The notes under the pieces are model-generated. The model ran no database searches and was not told where the DNA came from. It saw only the letters and a program-made list of their open reading frames with translations. Made by a program: the position numbers and the translations under genes. Shown here piece after piece: positions 49,333 to 63,754 of a stretch of 64,000 nt of DNA (the first letter of the stretch is position 1; each line of letters begins with the position of its first letter). Origin of the DNA: Eledone cirrhosa (Eukaryota); contig OZ024740.1 of NCBI GenBank assembly GCA_964016885.1, forward strand, positions 435,674,001 through 435,738,000, given 5' to 3'.

Positions 49333-49629
49333 AAAAGTTTAATTACTGCATGAAAGAAATGATTCCTAAAATTGAACTTGCCCAATCTTCACTAACTTAC
49401 ATCTATTGTTGTAACACCATTGAAATGCACAAGTTTCACGAATTCACTATTATGCACTAATCATCTCAAATGCATTCATGATTTACTAGCTTTGTCATTA
49501 AGCCAGTTGCCTCAACTAGATTGCAATTATACTCAAAAGAACTTTAAAATGTCAATCACTTGTCAGTAATTCACTATGATCATTTAATTATTAGATAGTT
49601 GTTGCTTGCATTGCCTTAAAAAATAGTAG

Positions 49630-50696
49630 ACCAGATAGAAAAATGCGTACAGCAAAAAAAAGTAATATTGTTGGAATATAAACCTTTAAAAATACAGGAC
49701 AAGAAACTAAAATAAAACTTTAAACGAATAGGACAAGAAACTAAGATAAAACTTTAATAGAATGAGACAGGAAACTAAGATAAAACTTTAAAGAATTGGA
49801 CAAGAAATAAAAAATTTTACAATAATATTAGTGGCAAAATTTTTTTATTCGTTTCCTGTGCTATGCCCCAGTATCTTCTTGATTAGTGCATAATAATTGT
49901 CATGCTCTCATTGTACGTTGCCCCTGAGCGGTTGGTTCTGGTTCTGGTTGGGGTTGGTTGGCTGAGCAGTTCTGCTCCGTCAGAATGACCATTGCAAGAA
50001 GAATTGGCCGATGCAGCTGCAGGTCTCCTCCAAGAATGCACTTCTGGTCCCGCAACACCAGATGAAGATGGAGAAGACGACCGGGACAAGATGTCGACTC
50101 TGACCACCGATTACGGCACCTCCCTCAACCACCGGTCCTCCCTCCCTCTGTCCCGTCATCCCTCCAGTCCTCCTGCTCCCCCTTCCTGTACCAGAAAGCT
50201 GTGGCACGCATTCATCTGGACTGCCGGACTTGAACTCAAGGACAAGATGCAAGGAGAAGATGGACGGGTTGGTCAAGATCAAGGATGAGCGGGACGACAA
50301 GACCGTCCGCTGCTGCTCAAGATCTGTGCTCATGGGCCCAAGGGTCCATTCACATTATGCATGACACATGAGGCGTGTCGCTGAATGATGAAATAGGGGT
50401 ATGGTTATGGCCCAATTGGTGTTCAAACCAGGATCAAATGGTCCCCCCGGTCTGACCACGACCTCTGAATGTGGAACCCAGAGCCTATGAATGTGGAACT
50501 CGATTTTTTACCAATAAAAATTTTGCCACTAATATTATTGTAACATTTTTTATTTCTTGTCCAATTCTTTAAAGTTTTATCTTAGTTTCCTGTCTCATTC
50601 TATTAAAGTTTTATCTTAGTTTCTTGTCCTGTATTTTTAAAGGTTTATATTCCAACAATATTACTTTTTTTTGCTGTATGCATTTTTCTATCTGGT
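49630..50696. mobile_element. Foldback/MITE-like element with TIRs of about 190-220 bp built from roughly 30-bp subrepeats
   Basis: ACCAGATAGAAAAATGC... (49630-49848) is inverted relative to 50513-50696. GC-richer core. Confidence 0.75.
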
Positions 50697-50705
50697 ATAT
50701 ATATA

Positions 50706-50755
<50 letters not shown>

Positions 50756-50827
50756 TCTCTCTCTATATATATATATATGTCTCTCTATATATATATATAT
50801 ATGTCTCTATATATATATATATATATA

Positions 50828-53660
50828 TCATCATCATCATCATTGTTTAACGTCCGTGTTCCACGCTTGCATGGGTTTGGACGGGGGTTTTCCCACTTGA
50901 GGCAAGAGTGATTGTCTTGCTCGCATAGGACTGTCTGGCAGGTTTTCTACAGTTAGATGCCCTTCCTAACACCAACCACATTTACAGTGTGGGTCTGGGA
51001 GGTTTTTACCGTGTTGCCTACACGGCCACATTACAGCGTGGACTGTGTGTTTTTTTGTTGTGACACCTACACGATCTCATTTGTTTCGGCCTGGATGGTG
51101 TGGCACCAACATAACTTTACATAGAGGGGGCGGTGTGGATGGGGTGGGGGTGGTGGGACGGGGGTGTATTTTGTTAGAGATGCCTACTGACTGTAGTAGG
51201 TTTTACTTTGTATTTAGGTAAGGCGGGTTTTCTCTATTACTGAGTACCGCCAAAGGTCTCGGTCCAGTGACATTGTCTTGGTGAGGTGTAACTGTGTGAG
51301 GTCGGAGTTTATCAGCTCGTCCCAGGTTTTTCTGGGTCTGCCTATTCCGTGGCTACCGTCTATCTTTATTGCCCTGCACTTTGTTATACAGCTATCGTCC
51401 TTCATGCGCATCACGTGACCATACCAACGTAGCCTTCTCTCTAGTAAACAACATCTGATCCCTCTTATTTCTAATTTTTTCCTTAGTTCGTTTATGCTTT
51501 GTCGTTCACGTATATTACTATTACACATCCAGCGGAGCATGCAAGCTTCGTTTCTCTCTAGTCTGCGTATATCCTCTGCACACAATGCCCAGGTCTCACT
51601 GCCATGCAACATTGCTGTTCGTATGCAGGCATCGTACAACCTGCCTTTCATTTTTAGGGAGAACCCTTTAGCGGCTAATAGTGGTATAAGCTCTCTGAAC
51701 TTTTTCCACCCAGTTCTGACTCTAGCTACTGTACTTTCAGAGCACCCTCCCCCACTGCTGATTTTGTCACCCAGGTAACGGAAGCTGTCCACTATTTCTA
51801 TAGAACCCTCTGCGCAGTTGAAAGAGCTAGTATTTTGTGGGCACTTGCTTCTACTTATTGCCCCAGAACACCGGCCACATGTAAAATCTATGTTCTTAGT
51901 TAGCTTACCTGTGATCCCACTACATCTTTTATGAACCCAAACTTTGCATTTGGGACACAAATTGGAATTTCTACCTACGCCTTTCCTACACTCTGCGCAT
52001 GGTCACTTCCCGGAGGGGACCGCCGCCTTATTTTCTTTCTTACAAACTAGAACTTTAGTCTTAGCCAGGTTAATTTTAAGGCCTTTTGATTCTAGCCCGT
52101 GCTTCCAAGTTTGGAATTTCTTCTCTAGCTCGGCCATTGATTCAGCTATGAGCGTTAGATCATCTGCGTATAGGAGTTCCCATGGGCAGCCGGTCTTGAA
52201 CTCCACTGTTATAGCCTGGAGGGCAATAATAAATAGTAGGGGGCTAAGAACAGAGCCCTGATGAACACCAACTTTTACACTAAACTCTTCACTATATTCA
52301 TTGTTAATTCTAACCTTGCTGACTGTTTCTTTATACATGGCTTGTATAGCTCTCACAAGCCATTCATCGACACCTAGTTTTCTAAGAGCCCACCAGATAA
52401 TGGAACGGGGGACTCTGTCGAAAGCCTTCTCCAAGTCGACGAAAGCTAAGTATAGGGGTTTACTTTTAGCTAGGTACTTCTCCTGTAGTTGTCGTACAAT
52501 GAAAAGAGCGTCTGTGGTACTTTTTCCTGACACAAACCCGAACTGCATTTCATCTAGATCAATTCGCTCTCTGATTAGTTGCGCTATTACTTTTTCCGTG
52601 ACCTTCATGACCTGGTCGATTAATTTAATGCCTCTATAGTTACTCCTATCTAGGGCATCTCCTTTACCCTTATAACAGTTAACGATAATGCTGCTACGCC
52701 AGTCCTTCGGAACAACCCCATTCTGTATGACTTGGTTGACTATCCGGGTGACCATGGTGTGTCCCACCGTACCAGATGCCTTCAGCATCTCGGCAACTAT
52801 TTCCAAAGGCCCAGCCGCCTTGCCTGTCTTCATATCTTTGATTGCCTTACTTATTTTACTACCCTCGACTAACACTGCTGGTCCCTCTATTGGGTCGATG
52901 TGGAGGAGACTGTCTTTCTCCCATTTATTCTCCTCATTGAGTAGCCTTTCATAGTGACACTTCCAAGCTACCTTCTTATCGGCGTCGGTGATGGCAAGTA
53001 CGCCGTCATCGTTAAGTACACACTTCTCCCCGACAATATCACTGTTTTCCTTGACACATTGCCTGGCAATCCTGAACACCTCACGTTTTTGGTCCTCACG
53101 TTGTAGAACATGCTTGAACTTTCTTTCCTCTGCTTCCCTTCTTGCGAAGTACACTTGTCTCCTAGCTTCCCTCCTGGCCACTTGATAGTCTTCTCTGCTT
53201 CCCCCATCCCGCCATACTTTCCAAGCCTGCTTTTTGGCCTTAATTGACCCCTCCACCTTACTGTTCCACCACCATGTTACTCTCCTCCTGCCTACAGGCC
53301 TGCTCCAGCCACAGACTTCGTCTGTCGCCGTCAGCAGGTTTGCTTTCAGGAATTCCCACTGTTCCTCTACCTTGTACGACTCTATTTGCTCTTCCTTACT
53401 GTCGAAAGCATCAAGTAATATGCTTTGGAATTAATTTTTACTGTGGGGTCCTTTAGCTTCCATATTTTTCTCCTGAGGGTAGTCCTCTTCTGTTGCCTAG
53501 TACGTCTCGTCCTGACTATTAGGTCGCTAATTATCAGTCTATGTTGGGAGGTGCATTCTTCATGGGGGAGGGATTTAGTGTTTACAACAGTCACTTTGTC
53601 ACGTCTTCTGGTAAGGATATAATCTACCTGGCTGGTATGTTCCCCTGATCTGTAGGTGAT
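50828..53660 (-). mobile_element. RTE LINE family C, 5'-truncated within the APE endonuclease, frameshifted
   Basis: SQVDYIL..SQHRLII (APE C-terminus), RT motifs LLYADD, (ATG)n tail. Confidence 0.95.
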
Positions 53661-53748
53661 ATATATGTCTATATATATATGTATATATATATATGTCTAT
53701 ATATATATGTATATATATATATGTCTATATATATATGTATATATATAT

Positions 53749-54471
53749 ATCATCATCATCATCATCGTTTAACGTCCATGTTCCACGCTTGCATGGGTTT
53801 GGACGGGAGTCTTCCCACTTGAGGTAAGAGTGGTTGTCTTGCTCGCATAGGACTGTCTGGCGGGTTTTCTACAGCTGGATGCCCTTCCTAACACCAACCA
53901 CATTTACAGTGTGGGACTGGGAGGTTTTTAACGTGTTGCCTACACGGCCACATTACAGCGTGGACTGTGTGTTTTTTTGTCATGACACCTACACGATCTC
54001 ATTTGTTTCGGCCTGGATGTTGTGGCACCAACATAACTTTACATTGAAAGGCGCGGTGTGGATGGGGTGGGGTTGGTGGGACGGGGGTGTATTTTGTTAG
54101 AGATGCCTACTGCCTGTAGTAGGTTTTACTTTGTATTTAGGTAAGGCGGGTCTTCTCTATTACTGAGTGCCGCCAAAGATCTCGGTCCAGTGACATTGTC
54201 TTGGAGAGGTGTAAGTGTGTGAGGTCGGAGTTTATCAGGTCGTCCCAGGTTTTTCTGGGTCTGCCTACTCCGTGGCTACCGTCTATCTTTATTGCCCTGC
54301 ACTTTTTTATACAGCTGTCGTCTTTCATGCGCATTACGTGACCATACCAACGTAGCCTTCTCTCGAGTAAACAACATCTGATCCCTCTTATTTCTAATTT
54401 TTCCCTTAGTTCGTTTATGCTTTGCCATTCGCGTATATTACTTTTACACATCCAGCGGAGCATGCAAGCTT
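53749..54471 (-). mobile_element. Short RTE family C copy
   Basis: Near-identical to 50828-51548. Confidence 0.92.
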
Positions 54472-54587
54472 CATATCATGTCTTCCTATTTTATCTGATG
54501 AAAACACAAATGTTATTGCATGATGATATTTGTTTTTCAAATGCGCATAATAAAATACATGGAACTCATTTAACCATCTTTTGATCT

Positions 54588-54592
<5 letters not shown>
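54472..54592 (+). other. PLE-like terminal fragment with a mutated hammerhead (54488-54556). Related inverted copy at 17812-17905
   Basis: ATTTTAT-CTGATGA-stem II-CAAA-TGCGCA-TA-ATAAAAT. Confidence 0.6.
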
Positions 54593-54650
<58 letters not shown>

Positions 54651-54766
54651 GATATATATAGACAAGACAGATATATATATATAGACAGATATATATATAT
54701 ATATACATATATATATAGACAGATATATATAGACAGATATATATATATATAAACAATATATATATA

Positions 54767-55067
54767 TAAACAATATGCCCCCACACCCCCCACCGCAAGG
54801 TGGTCGTGGAGGTGCCACGCTAAAAAAGCACCCAGCCCACACTGTAAAGTGGACGTGTAGGCGTCACGAAAAAGCACCCAGCACTCACTGTAAATGAGGT
54901 TGGTGTTAGGAAGGGCATCCAGCTGTAAAAATCAAGCCAGATCAGTTCCTGTATGAGCAAGGCATGGTCAGCCGACCAGACACTGCCCACAACAGGACAA
55001 CCTGTCTAACCCATGCTAGCGTGGAAGAACGGACGTAAAACGGTGATGATGATGATGATGATGATGA
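54767..55067 (+). mobile_element. 3' UTR-only RTE family A fragment
   Basis: Reverse complement of 4962-5260. Confidence 0.85.
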
Positions 55068-55071
55068 TATG

Positions 55072-58000
55072 TGTAGCGATGTGGTTAGTCAGTCTGGTCA
55101 CTACTTCTGATCAGATCCGAGAATAGCCCTTAGAAGGACTGTTATCGCATACGGTCTGATCAGATCTGAAGATAGCCCTTAAAAGGACTGTTGTCGCATA
55201 TAGCCCTTAAAAGAACTGTTGAGGATGGACAGACGAAAGCACAAGTTGAAAGGACGAAGCAAGGCGAGATGTAAATTCGATCAGCTATTTATTTTCACCT
55301 GAAGCGACGATACGAGGTACAAGGCGTGTGTGAGTGACAAAGCGTGGCAGAGGCGAGGAACAATGATACGCGAGTTGACTCTGCCAAATGTCGACTGGGG
55401 AAGTGTTTGGAACCACTCTATGTATACATAAATAACCGTTTGATGTTTAGCCCCGCTGTGTAGGCTTTTATTCTGGTAGGTTTTCAGGGATCTTTTGTTT
55501 CACGTTGAGGTAGCTAGCTAACAGGTAGATGGCGCTGTATATTTCACAGATGTTATTTCCGGTGGCTGTACATTAGCCCCATGCCAGATCTTTTGTACAA
55601 CAAAAGAACGAAATATCGAATAGTAATGGGCCAGTGGTGCATTTGTCATGACAATAGCCCCAGGAGTGTCCAGCACGTTGTGAAATTGTGTGATCATCGA
55701 GTACAGGACAGAGTCGATGTAGAGATGATATGGCAAGATGTGTGTGTCAGGAAGAGAAAGAAGAAATAAACTATAAAATGACTTTGACAAGATTTATTCA
55801 GGCGTGATGAATGAGCCTATTGCAATTTGGGTTGAGCTGCCTGTGAATTGCGTGACAAAAAGTCTAACTGGGCAGTGAAGATAACCGTAATGTCTGAACT
55901 GAATGGCCGTAAGCATGCTGCCTAAAAGTAACAGTTTGCTCCACAGCATATGACTTGAGCGAATGCATGTGGTAAAAAAATAGCGAGGCATTCTCGAGCT
56001 ATTGAGTGAATGTGTACGTGAAAAAAAGAAGGCCAGTGTTTTGAGGATGCGATTTGTGAAATGCGTGATCAAAGAGAAAACATTTTGTCGTGTAAGAGTT
56101 AGAGGGACACAAATATCTATTGCTCAGTGTATGAACTAAAAGGTGAAACAAACGTAGTTTTGTAGTATGCATTAAAAACAGAATATGTACACGCCTTGTA
56201 TGTATATAAAAATTATGGCAATTACACAATCAATGTTACAGAACAAGAAAAATATAAATTTTTGCAAAACAAGAGAGTGAAGAAAAAAAAAATGATATAC
56301 ACAATGTTTGTTCTTAAATAGAGTTTGTAATAAATAATGTTCATTATAAATAATGTAGAGAGTTCATTGTATTTGAAACTGGAAATAGTAAACACAAGAA
56401 AAATGGAAATGTTTTGCACGAAGAATGATTAAGAAACTCACTTGAGGTTAACGGTAATTCACATATTGTGCCAACTTTGCGGGCCAATGGACGCGTCATC
56501 CCCTTCTCGTGACTGGAGATGAAACATGTGGCTCGCTGGGACAGCAATCTGTTGGAGTTTCTGGTGTAGAGACTGTAACTGTATCCATGATGGCTTTTTT
56601 TAATCTGTCCACGCTGACAGAATTCTGTTTACCATATAGATCGAGAATAAAATATTTCGGATATTTTTTTAGAACACGATAAGGGCCAGAATATGGAGGT
56701 CGAAGATGAGCTGAGATGGTGTCGTTTCGAACGAAAACGTGCGTCCAATCTTTAATGTCTGAAGGTACGTGTGTGGCCGTGTTCTGTTGACGGGTGCTTG
56801 CAGGAGCAAGGTGAGACATATGTTGTCGAAGACGGTGTACATATGTTCCTGGGTCTGGAACATCCTGAGGAGAGATAGGAGCAACCATCTGACCAGGTAG
56901 AACCAAGGTGGTGCCGTACACTAATTCTGCAGGTGTGTGTCCGAATTCCTCCTTAACGGTGGATCGAATGCCCAGAAGGATGAGTGGCAGGTATTCAAAC
57001 CAGTGGGTCTTGTCTGGATATGCTTTTATTGCAGCTTTCAATTGGCGATGGAATCTTTCCACGAGACCATTAGCTTGCGGGTGATAAGCTGTCGTGCGGA
57101 TGTGTTTACATCCTAACAGGCGAGTCAGTTCCCTGAAGAGGTGGGAGTCAAATTGGCGTCCTCTGTCCCTTGTTATCTTCGCTGGGGCGCCATAACGTGA
57201 TACCCAGTGTAAAACCAAAGTTTTAGCGACTGTTTCCGCTGAGGTATCATTTATGGGAAAATCCTCAGGCCAACGAGAAAATCGATCTATGCAGGTGAGC
57301 AAGTGCGTGTAGTTCTGTGATGGTGGTAGAGGTCCGACGATGTCGATATGCACATGATGAAAACGTGCATCAGGTTGCGCGAATGTGCCGAGTGGAGTTT
57401 TGATGTGTCTGTGGACTTTGGCTTTCTGGCAGGCAATGCAGCTCCTGGACCAGTTGCGCACGTCCTTGTTAATGTTAGTCCACACAAAACGAGCAGAGAT
57501 GAGTTTCTGTGTAGCCCGGATTCCCGGGTGAGAGAAGCAGTGTAAAGCAGAAAAAACTTGTCGACGATGCATCTGTGGTACGTACGGTCGTTCATGACCG
57601 GTAGAAAGCTCGCACCAAATTTGTCCCGGAGAAGAAGGAATGGGAACTTGCTGAAACTTGAGAGATGGCGAATCTCAGAGCTTGATAAACTCTTCGTCAG
57701 TCTCTTGGTCAGCTGCGATCTGTTGAAGGTCGATGCCTGAATGCACATGTATTGCGTTCAGCTGGATTCGAGACAGGGCGTCGGCTGCTACATTGTCTGA
57801 TCCCTTGATATGCCGAATATCAGTTGAATATTGGGAGACAAAATCCAGGTGTCGGAGTTCTCTCAGTGAATGTCGATCAGGTTTGGTACGGAACGCATAA
57901 ATTAATGGTTTATGGTCCGTGTAGATCACGAAATCTGATCCTTCGAGCATGTGCCGAAAATGCTTAACCGAAAGATAGGTTGCCAAGAGTTCGCGGTCAA

Positions 58001-59052
58001 AGGTACTGTATTTCGTTTCAGCCGGTTGCAACCGCTTAGAAAAGAAGGATAAGGGTTGCCACACGCCGTCGACATGTTGTAAAACGCCTCCAACCCCTGT
58101 GTCTGATGCGTCCACTAGCAGCGAAAGAGGAGCGCCAGACCTGGGGAAAACGTGCATGGAAGCGTTTGCCAACATTTCCTTCAGGTGGTTAAAAGATGTT
58201 AATTCTTCCTCGTTTAGAGTGATCTCTTCGTTTTTCCGAGTCCAGTTACGAAGAAGGTCCGTGAGGAGTCTGGCGGCGTCGGAACAATGAGGGATAAAAC
58301 GCCTTTAAAAATTCACCAGACCGAGGAATTCACGCAGTTTACGAAGTGATGTAGGTGCGGGAAAACTGCAGATAGCTTCTACTTTCTCGGGAAGTGAACG
58401 AATGCCGTCTTTATCGATGATGTGCCCGAGAAAGGACAGTGAAGGAACGCCGAGAAGGCACTTGCTGGGGTTGATAATGATACCGTACTCAGCCAAACGT
58501 GGGAAAAGGAGATCTAAGTGCTTCTCGTGTTCATTCTCGGAAGTACTTGTTACCAGCACGTCGTCAATATACGCGTATACGAAGGGTAGATCGCGTAACA
58601 CGGTGTCAATAAACCGCTGAAAAGTTTGTGCAGCATTGCGCAGACTGAACGGCATTCGCAGGAATTCAAATAAACCGAACGGTGTTGTGATTGCGGTCTT
58701 CAGAATATCTGCAGGCTCCATAGGTATCTGGTTATATGCACGCACCAAATCTATCTTGGAAAAGATGCGTGCGCCTTGCAGAGAGGCAGAACAATCGTGC
58801 AGGTGAGGTACAGGGTAATTATCGGGCACTGTAGAATTGTTAAGTGCACGATAATCCCCACATGGTCGCCAATCATTCTCGATTTTTTTAGGAACAAGGT
58901 GTAGGGGTGCAGACCAGTCGCTGGAGGAAGGGCGAATGATTTTGAGGTCCAGCATGTGTTGGAACTCCTGCTTGGCGATTCTCAATTGGTCTGGAGGCAG
59001 TCTCCTTGGTCGGGCAGCTGTGGGTTGTCTCGATGTGGTGCGTGACACTAGG
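55072..59052 (-). mobile_element. Gypsy/Ty3 LTR retrotransposon remnant (RT-RNase H-integrase, broken frames). Putative 3' LTR at 55072-55572
   Basis: [66 protein letters not shown] guessed from TG..CA ends and a G-rich tract only. Confidence 0.9.
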
Positions 59053-59081
59053 CTTAATATATATATAGAGACAGATATATA

Positions 59082-59135
<54 letters not shown>

Positions 59136-59317
59136 AAAATATAAAAATATAAACGCACACACACACACACATATATATATACGTAAACATATATATACAT
59201 ACATAGCTAAACAATTATACACATGCAAATACGTATATATCAAAAGCACGCATAACCAAATACAAACACACACACATACATAAAAATAAATACACACGCA
59301 CACATATACGTACATAC

Positions 59318-59404
<87 letters not shown>

Positions 59405-59649
59405 GTATAGAGATTGTTTTAGCAAGAAGCTAACGGCATTCTATAACATATATGCGACTATAACGTCAAGATGGGAAAAGTAGTTAACGAAAGATTTAGG
59501 AAAAATAACTCAAACTCATCTCAAAAGAGAATCAGGATATAAATTCATCCACAGAATTTAGTAAAATACAGGGAAAAATCTATAGACCTTTAACTCATGA
59601 TAAAATAAAGTTTGAAACACTTATCCTTCAATTTGGAATAACATCAAAT

Positions 59650-59730
59650 GCTCTGTATAGTCTTAAAAGACTATTTCATGAAAACTTTCAGTGGAGATGG
59701 TCACGGTTGGATTTCATTCATCAGCAGAGC
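59650..59730 (-). ncRNA. Canonical type I hammerhead ribozyme with three stable stems
   Basis: GCTCTG-CTGATGA-ATGAAA..TTTCAT-GAAA-TAGTCT-ttta-AGACTA-TA-CAGAGC. Confidence 0.88.
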
Positions 59731-60385
59731 TCAACAGAAACCAGGGCTCTCACAGTAATATAATCCGAAAAAGGGAATTCTAAAACTGGCTAGTTCGCCT
59801 TCATGTGTATTTATGAAAAAGCACATGAGGAAAAAACGGGGCTAGTGACGTCAGGATGGAAGTGAATGTTTATTTACAAGAAATAGCAGTCAAATACATT
59901 CTGAAAAAAACTCTACAAAGGAGTTCAGCAAAATAGCAATAATTATCACAGTTTTTATGAAAAAAACCGGGATTAGTCACAGATAGTTTAAGCACTCTAG
60001 GAAAAGAATCCGAGTATAAATATAAATGAGAGGTATAGAGATTGTTTTAACAAGAAGCTAACGGCATTCTATAACATATATGCGACTATAACGTCAAGAT
60101 GGGAAACACGTACACATACACATATGCATACACATACACACACACACATATACATGTGTGTATGTGTAAAGCTTAGTATTAGATAAGACAAATGAACCTC
60201 ACATAAACGTATATATAGTAGTAAAGTAATAAAGCAACATAAGGCAATTAATCCATTCACCAGAGGTTTCTTAAAAGCAAAAAATGTTTCCTTCAATCTT
60301 CAGAATGAAAAAAATGAAAAAAACCCTGGTTTATCCACATATACATACATATACACACACAAATATACATATATATACACACATG

Positions 60386-60489
<104 letters not shown>

Positions 60490-60686
60490 TACACACAAAA
60501 ATACATACACATACACATAGGTATGTGAAGGGCAAAACAAAAGAAAATATGGGGGGGAGGGGCATAAGAGAAGGTAAAATATAAGGGGAGGTAAGGGAGA
60601 AAATTTTTTTTTTAAATATACAAGAGTACAGAAGGTAGAATCAGCAAAATAAAAACCGTAGCAGAAGTAAAGAGCAGAGAAGGAGT

Positions 60687-62198
60687 TCAAGGCGGTTGAT
60701 TTCTCATAGGAGTGTCAATCCAGTTACAGATCAGATGCGATTTCAGATGAGGACAGCATCTGAAGATCTCAGTCTTTGAGTTAAGGCAAGCGGAAGTGGC
60801 TCTCAAGTTTAGCAAAATCCTATACTTTTCTGTGGTACACAAAGAACAATTCTTTGTGCCCCTTTGGTACTCCCTCGAATGGTCTAATATAGACCAATCA
60901 ATAGAGTACGGGATGTTACTATCCTTGAGATCCCATACCTTACTTGCGAGGGCCGTTGATGTTCGTTTATCGGAGTGCTTAAAAGAAGCGACATGTGAGT
61001 AAAATCTGGTTTTAAACCTGTCCTGGGTCATACCGACATATCGCTCACTCCTGGCTGGCTGGTTGTTGATTACTGGCGTTATCTTAGCCTCATAAACGAC
61101 AGATTTTGTGTTGCATTCATCCGGCTTCCTGCAACTGCATCCTGGATTTATCCTCGTACGGTTTGAACTGGTGATTTTGGACTTCATGGATGGGCAACAA
61201 GAGTAGCTGATCTTAACTACATTCCTATTAAAAATCTTATAATATCTATGAATAGGAGGAAAATGTTTGTCTAATAGTTCAAGGAATTTCCTTCCTACAT
61301 TAGTTTTGACAGTTAGAGAGAAGGGGGGTGTGAACCAAATAATCTTCCTTTTCCTGTTATTATGGTTAGTTTTAGGGGGGGGGGGGAGTAGGTAAATAAG
61401 AAATTTTTTCTGTAAAACCGCTGTTCTTAAGGGCTTTATTATAATAAGGGGCGACTTTATTAAAAATGTCTATAGACGAAGATAAAGTAGAAATCCTACG
61501 GCTAATGTTAGGAATAAGATTATTAAAAACTATAGGGGGATGGCAAGACTCTTTGTGTATATACCTAAGATTTTCATTAGGTTTATGATAGGGTTTAAAA
61601 GAGGCAGTAAGTAGATCAAGATTAATATCAAGAAAGTTAGCATTAGTAAGGTTCGTATCTATAGTAATTTTAAGGTTAAGATTAGCAAAAGTATTGATTA
61701 AATCTTTACGGAATTTATCAAGATTATGGCCGTTGGTGGTATGAGAAACTGCTAATCCGTCATCACGGTATAAACCGATATTATGGGACGGAAATTTCTC
61801 TTTGAGTGTGTGGAGAAGGAATAATCCTACTAAGTCACACACATCCGCACTGTCATATGAACCCATTGCAACATCAAAAGAGTTTTCAGGGTTTGAATTT
61901 TTAACCCAAATATTATCATTAGTAAAAAGTAAAGTTTTTCTAGCATGAAAGATAATGTCCTCTTCTAATTTAGAGATATTAATGAAGGGTCTTGCAAAAT
62001 CTAAGGCATTAGTTAATAAGGAAACAGTAATAGAAGGGTAAAAATCGACAATATCAAATTGGGTAAATCTACACTTATTTTTACCTTGTATATTATTGAA
62101 CCAAGAAATAACAGAGGAAGTATTTAGCCACTATGATAGGTCAGTGTTAGTTCTAATTTGGAGAATTATTTTTCTTAAGATTTTCTTACTAGCAAGGC
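60687..62198 (-). pseudogene. Naiad-type RT-GIY-YIG pseudogene (TAG near 62132, frameshift in the poly-C run near 61380)
   Basis: QFDIVDFYPSI, FDVAMGSYDSADVCDLVGL, GLYRDDGLA, NFLDI, RKRKIIWFTPPF, KISYSC, VVYEA..YVGMT, CSLCTTEK. Confidence 0.85.
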
Positions 62199-62431
62199 CA
62201 TGTATATGTGGATAAACCAGGGTTTTTTTCATTTTTTTCATTCTGAAGATTGAAGGAAACATTTTTTGCTTTTAAGAAACCTCTGGTGAATGGATTAATT
62301 GCCTTATGTTGCTTTATTACTTTACTACTATATATACGTTTATGTGAGGTTCATTTGTCTTATCTAATACTGAGCTTTACACATACACACATGTATGTGT
62401 GTGTGTATGCATATGTGTATGTGTACGTGTA

Positions 62432-62472
<41 letters not shown>

Positions 62473-62529
62473 ATATATATATATATATATATGTATGTAC
62501 GTATATGTGTGCGTGTGTATTTATTTTTA

Positions 62530-62565
<36 letters not shown>

Positions 62566-62669
62566 TATTTGGTTGTGCGTGCTTTTGATATATACGTATT
62601 TGCATGTGTATAATTGTTTAGCTATGTATGTATATATATATGTGTGTGTGTGTGTGTGCGTTTATATTT

Positions 62670-62715
<46 letters not shown>

Positions 62716-63137
62716 ATATAATTACATATACATGTGTGTGTTTATATATTACACACGTGTGCGTGTTTGTGTATGTATGTGTATGTACGTGTTTATGTAT
62801 TTGTATATGTATATTTATGTGTGAGTGTGCGTGTATGTGTTTACTATTTCGTACGTATGTATACGTGCTTTTGTGTGTATTACTTACCACGCGTGTCTGT
62901 CCTGTTAGCTGGGGCATGTATCGGTGTCAAAAATTTATTAATTTTTTAATATATATATATATTTTTTTTTCTTATATTTATTTGCGTGTGTGAATATGTA
63001 GAGGAGTGCATTCATGTATGTCTATGTATGTACGTTATATGTTTGTGTGAATGTATGTATGTGTGTATATATATGTGTGTGTGTATGGCTATGTTTGTGT
63101 ATGTGTATGCTTGTACACACACATGTGTATGTGTGTG

Positions 63138-63184
<47 letters not shown>

Positions 63185-63723
63185 GTACATATGTATATAT
63201 GTGTGTGTGTATCTGTGTGTGTGTGTGTGTATATGTGTGTGTATGTATGAATGTATGTATGTGTATATGTGTGTGTGTATGTGTGTGTAGATGTACGTTT
63301 TATATATATATGTGTATATGTATATGTGTATGCGTACATTTATATATATGTATATATGTATGTGTGTGTAAGTATGCTTTTGTGTTTTTTTGTGTGTGTG
63401 TTTGCATGTGTAGTTTTATTTTATTTTTCCTTTCTTTCTCCCTTCTCCAGCCTCACTTTCATATAGATTGCATTTTTGTTTTAGAATCCAAATTCAATAA
63501 ACAAACCAGGATTTTTTTAATTCTGAGGATTGAAAGCAAAACCTTTTGCTTTTAAGAAACCACTGGTAAATGGAATAATTGCCTTATGTTGTTTATTACA
63601 TAATAATAATAATTAAGCTCTGTTGCCTACATAGAGCACTCTTTTTTCCTGGACTTTTCCGATGGAATTACTTCACATATATATATATATATATAGACAG
63701 ATATATATATATATATTATAGAC

Positions 63724-63754
<31 letters not shown>

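Noticed and set aside
60687-62198. Selenoprotein-type Naiad
   Set aside because: No in-frame TGA within the reconstructed ORF. The lesions are a TAG and a homopolymer frameshift.
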